Below, piece after piece: positions 13,880 through 25,408 of a DNA stretch of 64,000 nt. The stretch comes from Macrostomum lignano (lineage: Eukaryota): contig NIVC01000955.1 in NCBI GenBank assembly GCA_002269645.1, positions 248,001-312,000 of the forward strand, given 5' to 3'. Each line of letters opens with the position of its first letter. Position 1 is the first letter of the stretch. The notes beneath the pieces are model-generated. The model worked only from the letters and a program-made list of their open reading frames with translations. It made no database searches and had not been told where the DNA came from. Made by a program: the position numbers and the translations under genes.

Positions 13880-14470
13880 CAAGTTCTCGAGTGACTTCAT
13901 GAGTGAGTTCATGAGTGAGTTTACGTGTGAGTTTATGAGTGAGTTCATGAGTTTAGGAGTGATTTCAGGAGTTTATGAGTGATTTCAGGAGTTTAGGAGT
14001 GATTTCAGGAGTTCAGGAGGGATTTCAGGAGTTCAGGAGTGATCTCAGGAGTTCATGAGTGATTTCAATAGTTCAGGAGTGTTTCAGGAGTTTAGGAGTG
14101 ATTTCAGGAGTTCAGGAGTGATTTCAGGAGTTCAGGAGTGATTTCAAGAGTTCAGGAGTGATTTCAAGAGTTCATGAGTGATTTCAAGAGTTCAGGAGTG
14201 TTTCAGGAGTTTAGGAGTGATTTCATGAGTTAAGAAGTGATTTCAGGAGTTCAGAAGTGATTTCATAAGTTAAGGAGTGATTTCAGGAGTTCAGAAGTGA
14301 TTTCATGAGTTAAGAAGTGATTTCAGGAGTTCAGAAGTGATTTCATAAGTTAAGGAGTGATTTCAGGAGTTCAGAAGTGATTTCATGAGTTAAGAAGTGA
14401 TTTCAGGAGTTCAGAAGTGATTTCATAAGTTAAGAAGTGATTTCAGGAGTTCAGGAGTTATTTTATGAGT
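13880..14470. repeat. About 20-bp minisatellite (GAGTGATTTCAGGAGTTCAG)
   Basis: Direct reading. Confidence 0.92.
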
Positions 14471-15453
14471 TCATCACCGAGTCAATGAGCTCAAGAGTGA
14501 GCTGCTTTCGTCAATTGAGTTCATGAGTTACCAAGTGAACTATCTGTCACTATTAAGCACTACATATCTGCATGCACCCCACCGCCCTCTATCCAGCCCA
14601 GAACAGGCAAGCAGGCCCGGAGATAAGCGACGACAGCAGAGGCGCAGACAGGGGGCAGTGCATTGCTGTAAAGAAGCGAACAACACTGTGCGGTCAATGG
14701 AGAGATTAAAAAAGACAGAACAGAGTGGCTCAGCATTTGCGACAGCTCGTGGTTGAGTTAAGTCTTATCACCGATCCCAGTGCCCACACACACACACACA
14801 CAGGCCAGACACTGGCCAACAGAGTCTGTTAATCATTAATTATGCAAGGAAAATAAAACTAACCCTTGGCCAAGCCGAGCTTATCTCCCTGGCCGCTAAG
14901 TACCTTTCAGTATGGTATGAGTTGGACCATTAGACGGTGAGGGGCTGAGAAAATAATGACTTTCGGCGAACATTAAAGGAACAACTCGTGTAACATGCTA
15001 ATTATGGCTTCCTGAACAGCGAATTTCACGACTCGAGGGATAATAAAAATCTATAGGAAGAAAAAGGGGATTGGATACTGACTGTGAAGGGAGAAAATGA
15101 AAATGTCCAATTCTCCACCTCGCTACATTGAATTGCTTCCATGCAGTCCAGAGGTCGAATCCCCAAGGCGCTGGCCAAGCGAGTGTGTGTGTTAGGCGGG
15201 AACAGCGGTTATTCGACTCATCCAGGGAGACCCTGGAAGCAGGATCTGGAACAGTGAACCATTCCTCATTTGTCGCATTTTCTGATGCGAATCAAAAAAT
15301 CATTACTCGAAAAGCTCCTTCTTTGGGGAAACAATAAGTTTTACTGTCAAGGAATGAACATTTTATGTCTGTATGTTTTTCTTGATTGAGACTCTGAAAA
15401 CTTAAAAGAGAAACCTTTAAACTAGACTCGGTTATGACCCAGGATTTTTAGCC

Positions 15454-16021
15454 GGCGCCAGCACCAAGGGGTTTTAGCACCAAGGGGCTTTAGCACCAAG
15501 GGGCTTTAGCACCAAGGGGCTTTCGCACCAAGGGGCGCCAGCACCAAGGGGCGCCAGCACCAAGGGGCGCCAGCACCAAGGGGCGCCAGCACCAAGGGGC
15601 GCCAGCACCAAGGGGCGCCAGCACCAAGGGGCGCCAGCACCAAGGGGCGCCAGCACCAAGGGGCGCCAGCACCAAGGGGCGCCAGCACCAAGGGGCGCCA
15701 GCACCAAGGGGCGCCAGCACCAAGGGGCGCCAGCACCAAGGGGCGCCAGCACCAAGGGGCGCCAGCACCAAGGGGCGCCAGCACCAAGGGGCGCCAGCAC
15801 CAAGGGGCGCCAGCACCAAGGGGCGCCAGCACCAAGGGGCGCCAGCACCAAGGGGCGCCAGCACCAAGGGGCGCCAGCACCAAGGGGCGCCAGCACCAAG
15901 GGGCGCCAGCACCAAGGGGCGCCAGCACCAAGGGGCGCCAGCACCAAGGGGCGCCAGCACCAAGGGGCGCCAGCACCAAGGGGCGCCAGCACCAAGGGGC
16001 GCCAGCACCAAGGGGCGCCAG
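15454..16021 (+). repeat. Satellite B: 16-bp AGCACCAAGGGGCGCC (a few GCTTT variants at the start)
   Basis: Direct reading. It is the reverse complement of the array at 29655-31424. Confidence 0.97.
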
Positions 16022-16592
16022 CTTGAAGTCAGTCAGAAATTCAGAGCTGGAATTTGTCAGTCCAGGTTTTGGCTCTGTGGGTCTCCTTGATGTTTCTGCA
16101 ACCCTCGCAGATAAGCAGAATTGCACTGACTGGTCATATAGTGGGCAGGCTGGGAGACTTGAACGAAATTGCCCTGATGGGGCATAATTTATTTATCGTT
16201 CGGCGGGTTGGCGCGCCGAGCACAAACTCTGCTTACTACTCGGTTGAGTCGATTTTCGAGGGGCGGCGGCCCTGTTGATGGGGCTAAGCGGCAGCTGGAA
16301 GCCAAGCCACTGCTCATTTTACTCATTTTCTGGCTTTCCTCTCTCTCTCTCTTCATCAGCTCAAGTTTGTCAACAATTTTTCCCGTAGCTAAACCGAGGA
16401 GCTGGCCACTCTGTTGCTAGTTCCTCATCCTTGTGTCCTCAGCATAAGTGTATGATTTTTTGTATTTCATTCTCCAGTCTAGCTTGTGAGTTTGCGAATC
16501 TACAGGGAAGTGAAACAGCAGTTGCATTGCAAAAAATTGAAATTATGCGTTTGCACTTGGCTTATTGAATTGCTGATTTAAGCTATAGATTG

Positions 16593-17817
16593 CTTCTCTA
16601 GGGCGATTCTCAAGGGCGATTCTCTAGGGCGATTCTCTAGGGCGATTCTCTAGGGCGATTCTCTAGGGCGATTCTCTAGGTTGATTCTCTAGGGCGATTC
16701 TCTAGGGCGATTCTCTAGGGCGATTCTCTAGGGCGATTCTCTAGGGCGATTCTCTAGGGCGATTCTCTAGGGCGATTCTCTAGAGCCGATTCTCTAGGGC
16801 GATTCTCTAGGGCAATTCTCTAGGGCGATTCTCTAGGGCCATTCTCTAGGGCGATTCTCTAGGGCAATTCTCTAGGGCGATTCTCTAGGGCAATTCTCTA
16901 GGGCGATTCTCTAGGGCGATTCTCTAGGGCGATTCTCTAGGGCGATTCTCTAGGGCGATTCTCTAGAGCCGATTCTTTAGGGCGATTCTCTAGGGCGATT
17001 CTCTAGAGCCGATTCTCTAGGGCGATTCTCTAGGGCGATTCTCTAGAGCCGATTCTCTAGGGCGATTCTCTAGGGCGATTCTCTAGGGCGATTCTCTAGA
17101 GCCGATTCTCTAGGGCGATTCTCTAGGGCGATTCTCTAGAGCCGATTCTCTAGGGCGATTCTCTAGGGCGATTCTCTAGGGCGATTCTCTAGGGCGATTC
17201 TCTAGGGCGATTCTCTAGGGCGATTCTCTAGGGCGATTCTCTAGGGCGATTCTCTAGGGCGATTCTCTAGGGCGATTCTCTAGAGCCGATTCTCTAGGGC
17301 GATTCTCTAGGGCAATTCTCTAGGGCGATTCTCTAGGTTGATTCTCTAGGGCGATTCTCTAGGGCAATTCTCTAGGGCGATTCTCTAGGGCAATTCTCTA
17401 GGGCGATTCTCTAGGGCGATTCTCTAGAGCGATTCTCTAGGGCGATTCTCTAGGGCGATTCTCTAGAGCCGATTCTTTAGGGCGATTCTCTAGGGCGATT
17501 CTCTAGAGCCGATTCTCTAGGGCGATTCTCTAGGGCGATTCTCTAGGGCGATTCTCTAGAGCCGATTCTCTAGGGCGATTCTCTAGGGCGATTCTCTAGA
17601 GCCGATTCTCTAGGGCGATTCTCTAGGTTGATTCTCTAGGGCGATTCTCTAGGGCGATTCTCTAGGGCGATTCTCTAGAGCCGATTCTCTAGGGCGATTC
17701 TCTAGGTTGATTCTCTAGGGCGATTCTCTAGGGCGATTCTCTAGGGCGATTCTCTAGGGCGATTCTCTAGGGCCATTCTCTAGGGCGATTCTCTAGGGCG
17801 ATTCTCTAGGGTGATTT
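16593..17817 (-). repeat. Satellite A in inverted orientation: 13-bp GGGCGATTCTCTA
   Basis: The reverse complement TAGAGAATCGCCC equals the core unit of 9512-10860. Confidence 0.96.
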
Positions 17818-18679
17818 TCTTGAGGCAATATCAGAGGGGCGGCGATTTTTTGGGCAATTCTGGTACACTAAGTATTTGGTGCAGACGATTCTACAATGGA
17901 TTAGTGGCACTTCTAGAAAAATGTAATTATAAAAAGATTTATAATTTTGGTGAATTGTCTCATGCAAGCGCTGGTCTGCACCCCTGCTGCAGTACAGATA
18001 GGAGAAACAGGAAAATACCGGCTTTTTCGCGGTCCTTCAGACAGGTTTCATAGCCTAATAGCTGTGAGACCAGCCCATTCAGCTGCAGCCTCCTCCCCCA
18101 TCCAAGGCCCTGATTATTCTACTCATCCAGAATGCTCACCCACACAGACCCAGCATCCCTGGCTTCATCTCTACCTTGCCTACCCCTCCCCCACCCCTCA
18201 TCTCTCGTTTCCTCTTCGCGGATGAATATTTCAAAGCCCAGCTCCCCGTTCCCCGTAAAAATGCTGAATGCCAACAGGCCTGCGGGTCCTGCAGTTTAGC
18301 TGTGTGCTTTGTTGCAAAAGCAGCAATAGCAGCAGCAGCAGAAGCAGCGGCCATGCAGAGCTGAGAGACTAAAAGAGTCCTCAAGCTGAGCCCTCGCTAT
18401 TCCTCTACTGCCCCAGCCAGTCTCTCTGCACCTGTCAATCAGGCCTTTATCGATCCGATTAACCGCCCGGTGGGCCTCAGCCAAGCCAAGCCGGGCAAAT
18501 CCATCCCGTCTTTTAGTCTACTAATTTTTACTCTGACACCTGGAGTTTCGTTTCTCCGCTGGCTATACCGGCACATTTAGACTCTAAATGCATAAGAGAT
18601 TAGTGATTGTTTCATATTTTCAGGAACAGGTGCAGGAGTCACGGAGTTGAGAAGGAAGAGAAGAGGACCGAGAACTCAT

Positions 18680-18866
18680 ACACGTTCTAATCGTCAGGCA
18701 TATACACTCTCTGTACCTTGGGGGTCGGCTCTCATGGGGGGATCGCACCGCACGACAGCCCACCAGCCAATTTTCGAGCACACAAGCTCCAATGAATGCG
18801 GCTGCGAGCGGAATCGAACCCGGGGTCGTGGCGCGAGAGTCAGACGTGCTCACCGCTGAGCTGCTC
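18680..18866 (-). mobile_element. tRNA-derived SINE, copy 1
   Basis: Minus strand has an A-box-like GCAGCTCAGCGGT and B box GGTTCGATTCC (18820-18810), then the core CATGAGAGCCGACCCCCAAGGTACAGAGAGTGTATATGCCT shared with copies at 27.8, 28.0 and 44.2 kb. Confidence 0.75.
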
Positions 18867-18914
18867 TGCTCTCGAAGAGACGAGGGAGGAGAAGAGTATT
18901 GGGAGAGAGATAAA

Positions 18915-19451
18915 GAGCAGAGAAACAACAACAAAACAACAACAATGACACGACAACAACAATAAAAAACCACAACACAACAACAACAACAAACCAACAA
19001 AAAACAGTAACACAAAAACAACAACAACAACAACAACAACGACAACATAAGAACAACAATATCACAACAAAAACAACAACAACAAAAAACCGACAAAAAG
19101 CAATAACAATAATGCAACATCAACAACAAAAAACAACAACACAACAAAAGCAACAACATAACAACAACAACAACACAACAAAACCAACAACAATAACAAC
19201 AACAACAACAACAACATAACAACAACAATAAAACAACAACAACAACAACAAAAGAGGCATCGAAGACCTCAGCGTGCTGTGCCAGCAACCCCGGGAGTGC
19301 TTCTCGCTGTGGAAAGACTTCCGGGAGAGAGTAAAGCTGCTGGAGAAAGAGAGGAATGATGAGGATCCACAGCAATAACAACAGCAACAACAACAAAAAC
19401 ACAACAACAACACAACAACAACAACAACAACACAACAACAACAACAATAAC

Positions 19452-19488
<37 letters not shown>

Positions 19489-19500
19489 GAAAACAACACA
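18915..19500. repeat. Degenerate (CAA)n tract interrupted by a unique island of about 110 bp (19255-19375)
   Basis: Direct reading. Confidence 0.93.
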
Positions 19501-20154
19501 AAACTCCATCAGCAGCCGCACCTCTTTAATAAATCCGCAGTCATAATTCGCAAACAACATTACCAATGGTACGGGTTGGAAGCCGGGTAAAACACCCCGA
19601 CAAACCAGTTTGCAAACAGCGAAGCCTCATCATTTATGACGCAGTTTCCGACTTGGGACGCACTGAATTGGCTAAACGCGGAAAAGCCGGCCTGGAAGAC
19701 AGAGAGAAATTTTTTGCAGGAAACCAAAAATTTCAGACAGCTCACATTGTCCTGACTTGATGTCGGATATGAATGCTATTGCCGACAGGTGAGCCAAGGT
19801 AGGGGGAGGGGGTGGGGGCAGATTGCGTGAGCTCCTATCACGCTGCAGCAGTTCTGTATATTTTGGAATAGAAAACAATGACCTGACAGACTTCAACTTC
19901 CTGAGTGGCGGCGTGGGTATTTTTGCTTGGCTTTTGTTTGCTTCTCTATTTTGCTTGTGCTGAATAGTCGGCATTCAATTGGCGATGAAAGATGAAGGAC
20001 AGAAACTGGGTAACTGCGGTACCCTCGGATCGGGGAGGAAATTTAGAGATGAAAAATTAGAATAGCTTTAAATATGGGAGGAGACAGGAAATTCCATCGT
20101 GAGACAAGAGTGGAAAGAGAGAAAATAGAGCAGGGGAGCGAAGGAGAGAAGGCT

Positions 20155-20655
20155 GGCAGAGGGTGAGAGGAGAGATAGTGGGGTCAGGGGAGAGATGGTG
20201 GGATGAGGGGAGAGATAGTGGGGTGAGGGGGAGAGATAGTGGGGTGAGGGGGAGAGATAGTGGGGTGAGGGGGAGAGATAGTGGGGTGAGGGGGAGAGAT
20301 AGTGGGATGAGGGGAGAGAAAGTGGGGTGAGGGGGAGAGATAGTGGGATGAGGGGGAGAGATAGTGGGATGAGGGGGAGAGATAGTGGGGTGAGGGGGAG
20401 AGATAGTGGGATGAGGGGAGAGATGGTGGGTGAGGGGAGAGATAGTGGGGTGAGGGGAAGAGATAGTGGGGTTAGGGGAGAGATAGTGGGGTGAGGGGGA
20501 GAGATAGTGGGGTGAGGGGGAGAGATAGTGGGGTGAGGGGGAGAGATAGTGGGATGAGGAGAGAGATAGTGGGGTGAGGGGGAGAGATAGTGGAGTGAGG
20601 GGGAGAGATAGTGGGATGAGGGGAGAGATAGTGGGGTGAGGGGGGGAGATAGTGA
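20155..20655. repeat. 21-22-bp G-rich minisatellite (GGGGTGAGGGGGAGAGATAGTG)
   Basis: Direct reading. Confidence 0.94.
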
Positions 20656-21130
20656 TGCTTTGAAGTGTAGTTGAGACACAGAGGCAGACACGTGAACATA
20701 AAGAAGAATCAAAAATCAATAAAATTGTTTAGGACGCGATTGAAGGAGCAATATATTTAAAAAAGTGAATGTCCTCAGGAAGGCGATTCCGATGGAGACT
20801 CAGTCGGTCAACGAGAGTTAGTCATGACAGAGAGGGATAAGGGCTGCGGCTGGAATGCCGGAGTCCCGCGTGCCAGCTGCCATTCAGCCAGCGGAGTCCA
20901 ACGGTCGGCGCTGATTTCCTGAACACTGGCGCTGTTTCTCGGCAATATAAAAGAAAGCCCCGCCTGCCAGCCTGTCACGCAACCGCTCTCTCAAAGGAAT
21001 GAAAATTTCCATCTTAATTCTAAATTTATGAAACATTGATTGTTATTTTCATTTCGTATTTTTACTTGTGGAAGCAATGAGCACTGGAAATAGAAGGACG
21101 CACTTCGTTTCGTGGAAAGTCAGTTACATC

Positions 21131-22275
<1,145 letters not shown>

Positions 22276-23034
22276 ATGTAACAAACTGACTAACAGCCAT
22301 CATTTCTGTTCCTGTGCTATTTCTTCCCCATTCGCATCCATGCGCTGATGCTTTCCTTCTCCAGGTTGTCAGTCAACGATCTGAGCTGTGTTGGCATATT
22401 TATTCACTGCCTAAGTTCCTCTGTCACTGCTCCGACCTCCTGCACACGCCGTGCATTGTCTTGAACAAATAAAAAACCCGTGAGATGTCACGGCAAGTCA
22501 AGAGGGAGCCACACAATTCCCTCAGATAATATCCGTGCACGTACTTGGAGCAGTTCTCATGCTCACGCATCCCACTTGTCAATTTTTTCGCACCCATAAT
22601 CTCCCCTGCTGCTCTGGCCCATTCGCGCCGTCAAGTGCGGTGAAAGCACCCGGTTTGGCTCCCACGACAGCCCCCCCACACTCTGTTGGGATTTTCTCCC
22701 CATCCGTTCAGCTGATTCACGCCACGCTCAGTGACAATTTGAGCTAGGAAATTTTTTTCGTGTGAATATTTGACTTTATCAGCGTCACAATCTCTACTGT
22801 CTACTTAGTGTGGTTTAGTAGTCAGTAGAGCGTTAAATAGGCTAAATAAAATACAAGTATAAGAAATAGCAAGTAGACTTCAGAGTGCATCCCAAGATTG
22901 ATGTAGGCTCTGTACATCTGAACTTTTCTTAGCTTGCGTGTCAACTTTGAATAAAGAAATACTTCTGCCCGATACTGAAGTCAATAAAACAGCTATCAAG
23001 TACGTATATGACCTGAGCGTTGGTTTTCTCTCTA

Positions 23035-23365
23035 CAAGGCTTACTGGGGGAATTGCTGAGATGTCAAGGCTTACTGGGGGAATTGCTGAGATGTCAAGGC
23101 TTACTGGGGGAATTTCTGAGATGTCCAGGCTTTGGGGAATTACTGAGATGTCAGGGCTGGCGGGGGATTTCCGAGATGTGAAGGCTGACGGGGGATTGCT
23201 GAGATATCAAGGCTAATGGGGGATTGCTGAGATATCAAGGCTAATGGGGGATTGCTGAGATATCAAGGCTGACGGGGGATTGCTGAGATATCAAGGCTGA
23301 CGAGGTATTGCTGAGATGTGAAGGCTGACGGGGGATTGCTGGGATGTAGCTACATGTAGTTTATT
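23035..23365 (-). repeat. 28-30-bp repeat (AAGGCTGACGGGGGATTGCTGAGATATC), same family as 61900-62860 in opposite orientation
   Basis: Reverse complement matches the AGCCTTGACATCTCAGC..ATCCCCC subunits and the flank AATAAACTACATGTAGCT near 62262. Confidence 0.75.
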
Positions 23366-23673
23366 CAATTTTAGGAAGTAATGCTCTGTCAATCAGCCGT
23401 ACACGCGGTCTCAGTGTCGGTGCGTTTGCGTGCCGTTGTGAGCAGAAAAATATGGTACATTGATACAGAATTGAGTTTAGCTAATTTAAAGTTCCAATGA
23501 GTACACCCGAGAGCTACAGTAGCAAGCATAGTCGCACGGGGAGGCATATCCCATTGGCTCAACTCTAGACCCAATCGTTGCACATGGGCAGAAATCCTTA
23601 TAACAAATTACTCAACAATGAAGTAAGAAGCGGATTTCAAAACCAACCATTTGTCCTCATTTCCTCATCAGAA

Positions 23674-24882
23674 ATGAAACTTCTTCTCGGGCTGCTGCTG
23701 TTGCTGCAAGTGCTGCTTCCAAGTGGACATTGCTCTAACTCGTGCAAAAGGTTTCTTTCAAGTTTTTTCGTGAATCTATTTTGTGATTCTTAGCTCACTG
23801 TGTAATAAGACAGATTTCTGGCACGGGACATGTACGTAGGATATAAAAATTAACATACGAGTCATCAGGTATCTCTGTCAAGGACTCTGTGATGAAGACA
23901 GTTTTAGATGCAAGCTTGGAATTAAACTAGAAGGATTGTCAGCACTTTGAATAAAAAACCCTGAGATGTTCTCAGCTCAAATTGTAAAACGAATTACGAG
24001 TTATGCAAGTTGTGCTTTTACTATGACGAACTGAGTATACTGCAGTTGCATGGCAGAATTCCGTGTTTCAAAATGCTATATGCATCAAAATATTTTACGA
24101 CGCGTAAGTTCAGTTGGCATATTTTCCCGCAAAAAAGCTCCTCAGTTCCAAGCTGCCAAGTGGATTCTCATTTTTTTAGATATTTGCTTGTCATCAAGCT
24201 TCGCAAATGCTACGGATGACTCCTCGGTGCTTCCATTGTCGGGCCCAAGCTGCCAGCAACTTGTTTTTAACTTTTCTTTTTTTAGGCTTTTTCAGACATC
24301 ACGCATGTCTGTGGAAAGAGGAGTTGATTTGCGGGGAAATGCTTGAGGCTGCAACAGCTGCCTCCGCATCTTCCAACCTAAAAGCTAGCTCTGCCCATGA
24401 GCTTGAGTATAGGAAAAATCGTGCACGATGCAATGAACCTCGGCAAGCTTCAATTGACGCTCTTCAACGCTCGTGGAAGGTTTTTTGCCAGTTGTTTTTG
24501 TGTTGCCTTGCGAGAGATGTTAGCTCGGGCTTGGCATGGATACAACATTCTGGAAGTGGGACGCGCGGCGCTGCAAAAGAGGCAGAGGATGCAATTCTCA
24601 TTTTGCAAACACCGTTAACGATAAATAGAATTGAAGCAATTGCGATTTGCAATTTTCTCTGAGAGATCGGCCTTTTTATCGACCAAGAAATTGTTTGACA
24701 GGATATTAATTTGAAGAAGCAGACATGAAGACACTGCTTTCATCTTCTTCAAATGGAATGCTTTATTACAAGGTTATGCACTAATTTAACTGGCTCGTAA
24801 ATTGCTTTCAGGGAGTCGGGCAGGAGGACTCCTATTTTAAATATGCTGAACGAGTTCATAGCACCGCCTCATCTCTGCACCG
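23674..24882 (+). CDS. Candidate exons 1-2 of the Cys-loop channel (23674-23750 and 24812-24882)
   Basis: MKLLLGLLLLLQVLLPSGHCSNSCK looks like a signal peptide and ends phase 2 at AAAAG|gtttct. The candidate exon gctttcag|G GAG TCG...ACC G|gtgagt (ESGRRTPILNMLNEFIAPPHLCT) fits phase 2 to phase 1 and joins the 25409 exon in frame, but lacks the usual YDxxxRP motif. Confidence 0.45.
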
Positions 24883-25408
24883 GTGAGTTCATTGCAGCAT
24901 CCTCATCAAGCTATTGTTTTGAGTCTAGCACTACCCGTTTAGTTGCTCTGGTAATGGGTTAGCTGAGTGCCAATTAGAAAGCAGACACCGGCCCAGGGTA
25001 TTAAGAATCTTCTATAGGACTAAAAGACAATGAAGGCAGCCATGGAAGCAATTAACATGGATCCAGGACAAGTAATTAACGCTTTTTTGAAATCCTGTTA
25101 AAAAGTCTGTATACAGATAGCCTCTCAAACACTTGCAGACAACTCTGCCAAATTTTAAGTTTCTTAATGCAGCCTTCGCAGGCTCCGGGCTTTACTCAGT
25201 AAAGATATCGAACGTGTTGCTACTCTCTCTCCAGGCCTCATCAAGACTCATTGATTTTTTTCTCCTAGATTAGGCCTTGCCTTTCACTCTATAACTTGAT
25301 CTAATAGACCCCAGTCCTGAGCGGTTCTGGCCTGCGTCCTCTCTAATGCATTCACTAAGATCACGCAGAAAAATAACGAAATCTTAATTACACGTTCAAA
25401 TTGTACAG

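Noticed and set aside
15474-16126. Repetitive [11 protein letters not shown] ORFs and a CRISPR-like appearance of regular repeats
   Set aside because: Contiguous 16-bp units with no unique spacers, in a eukaryotic context with no cas genes.
18620-19566. Poly-Leu/Val/Cys minus-strand ORFs
   Set aside because: Translations of the (TTG)n strand of the CAA tract.
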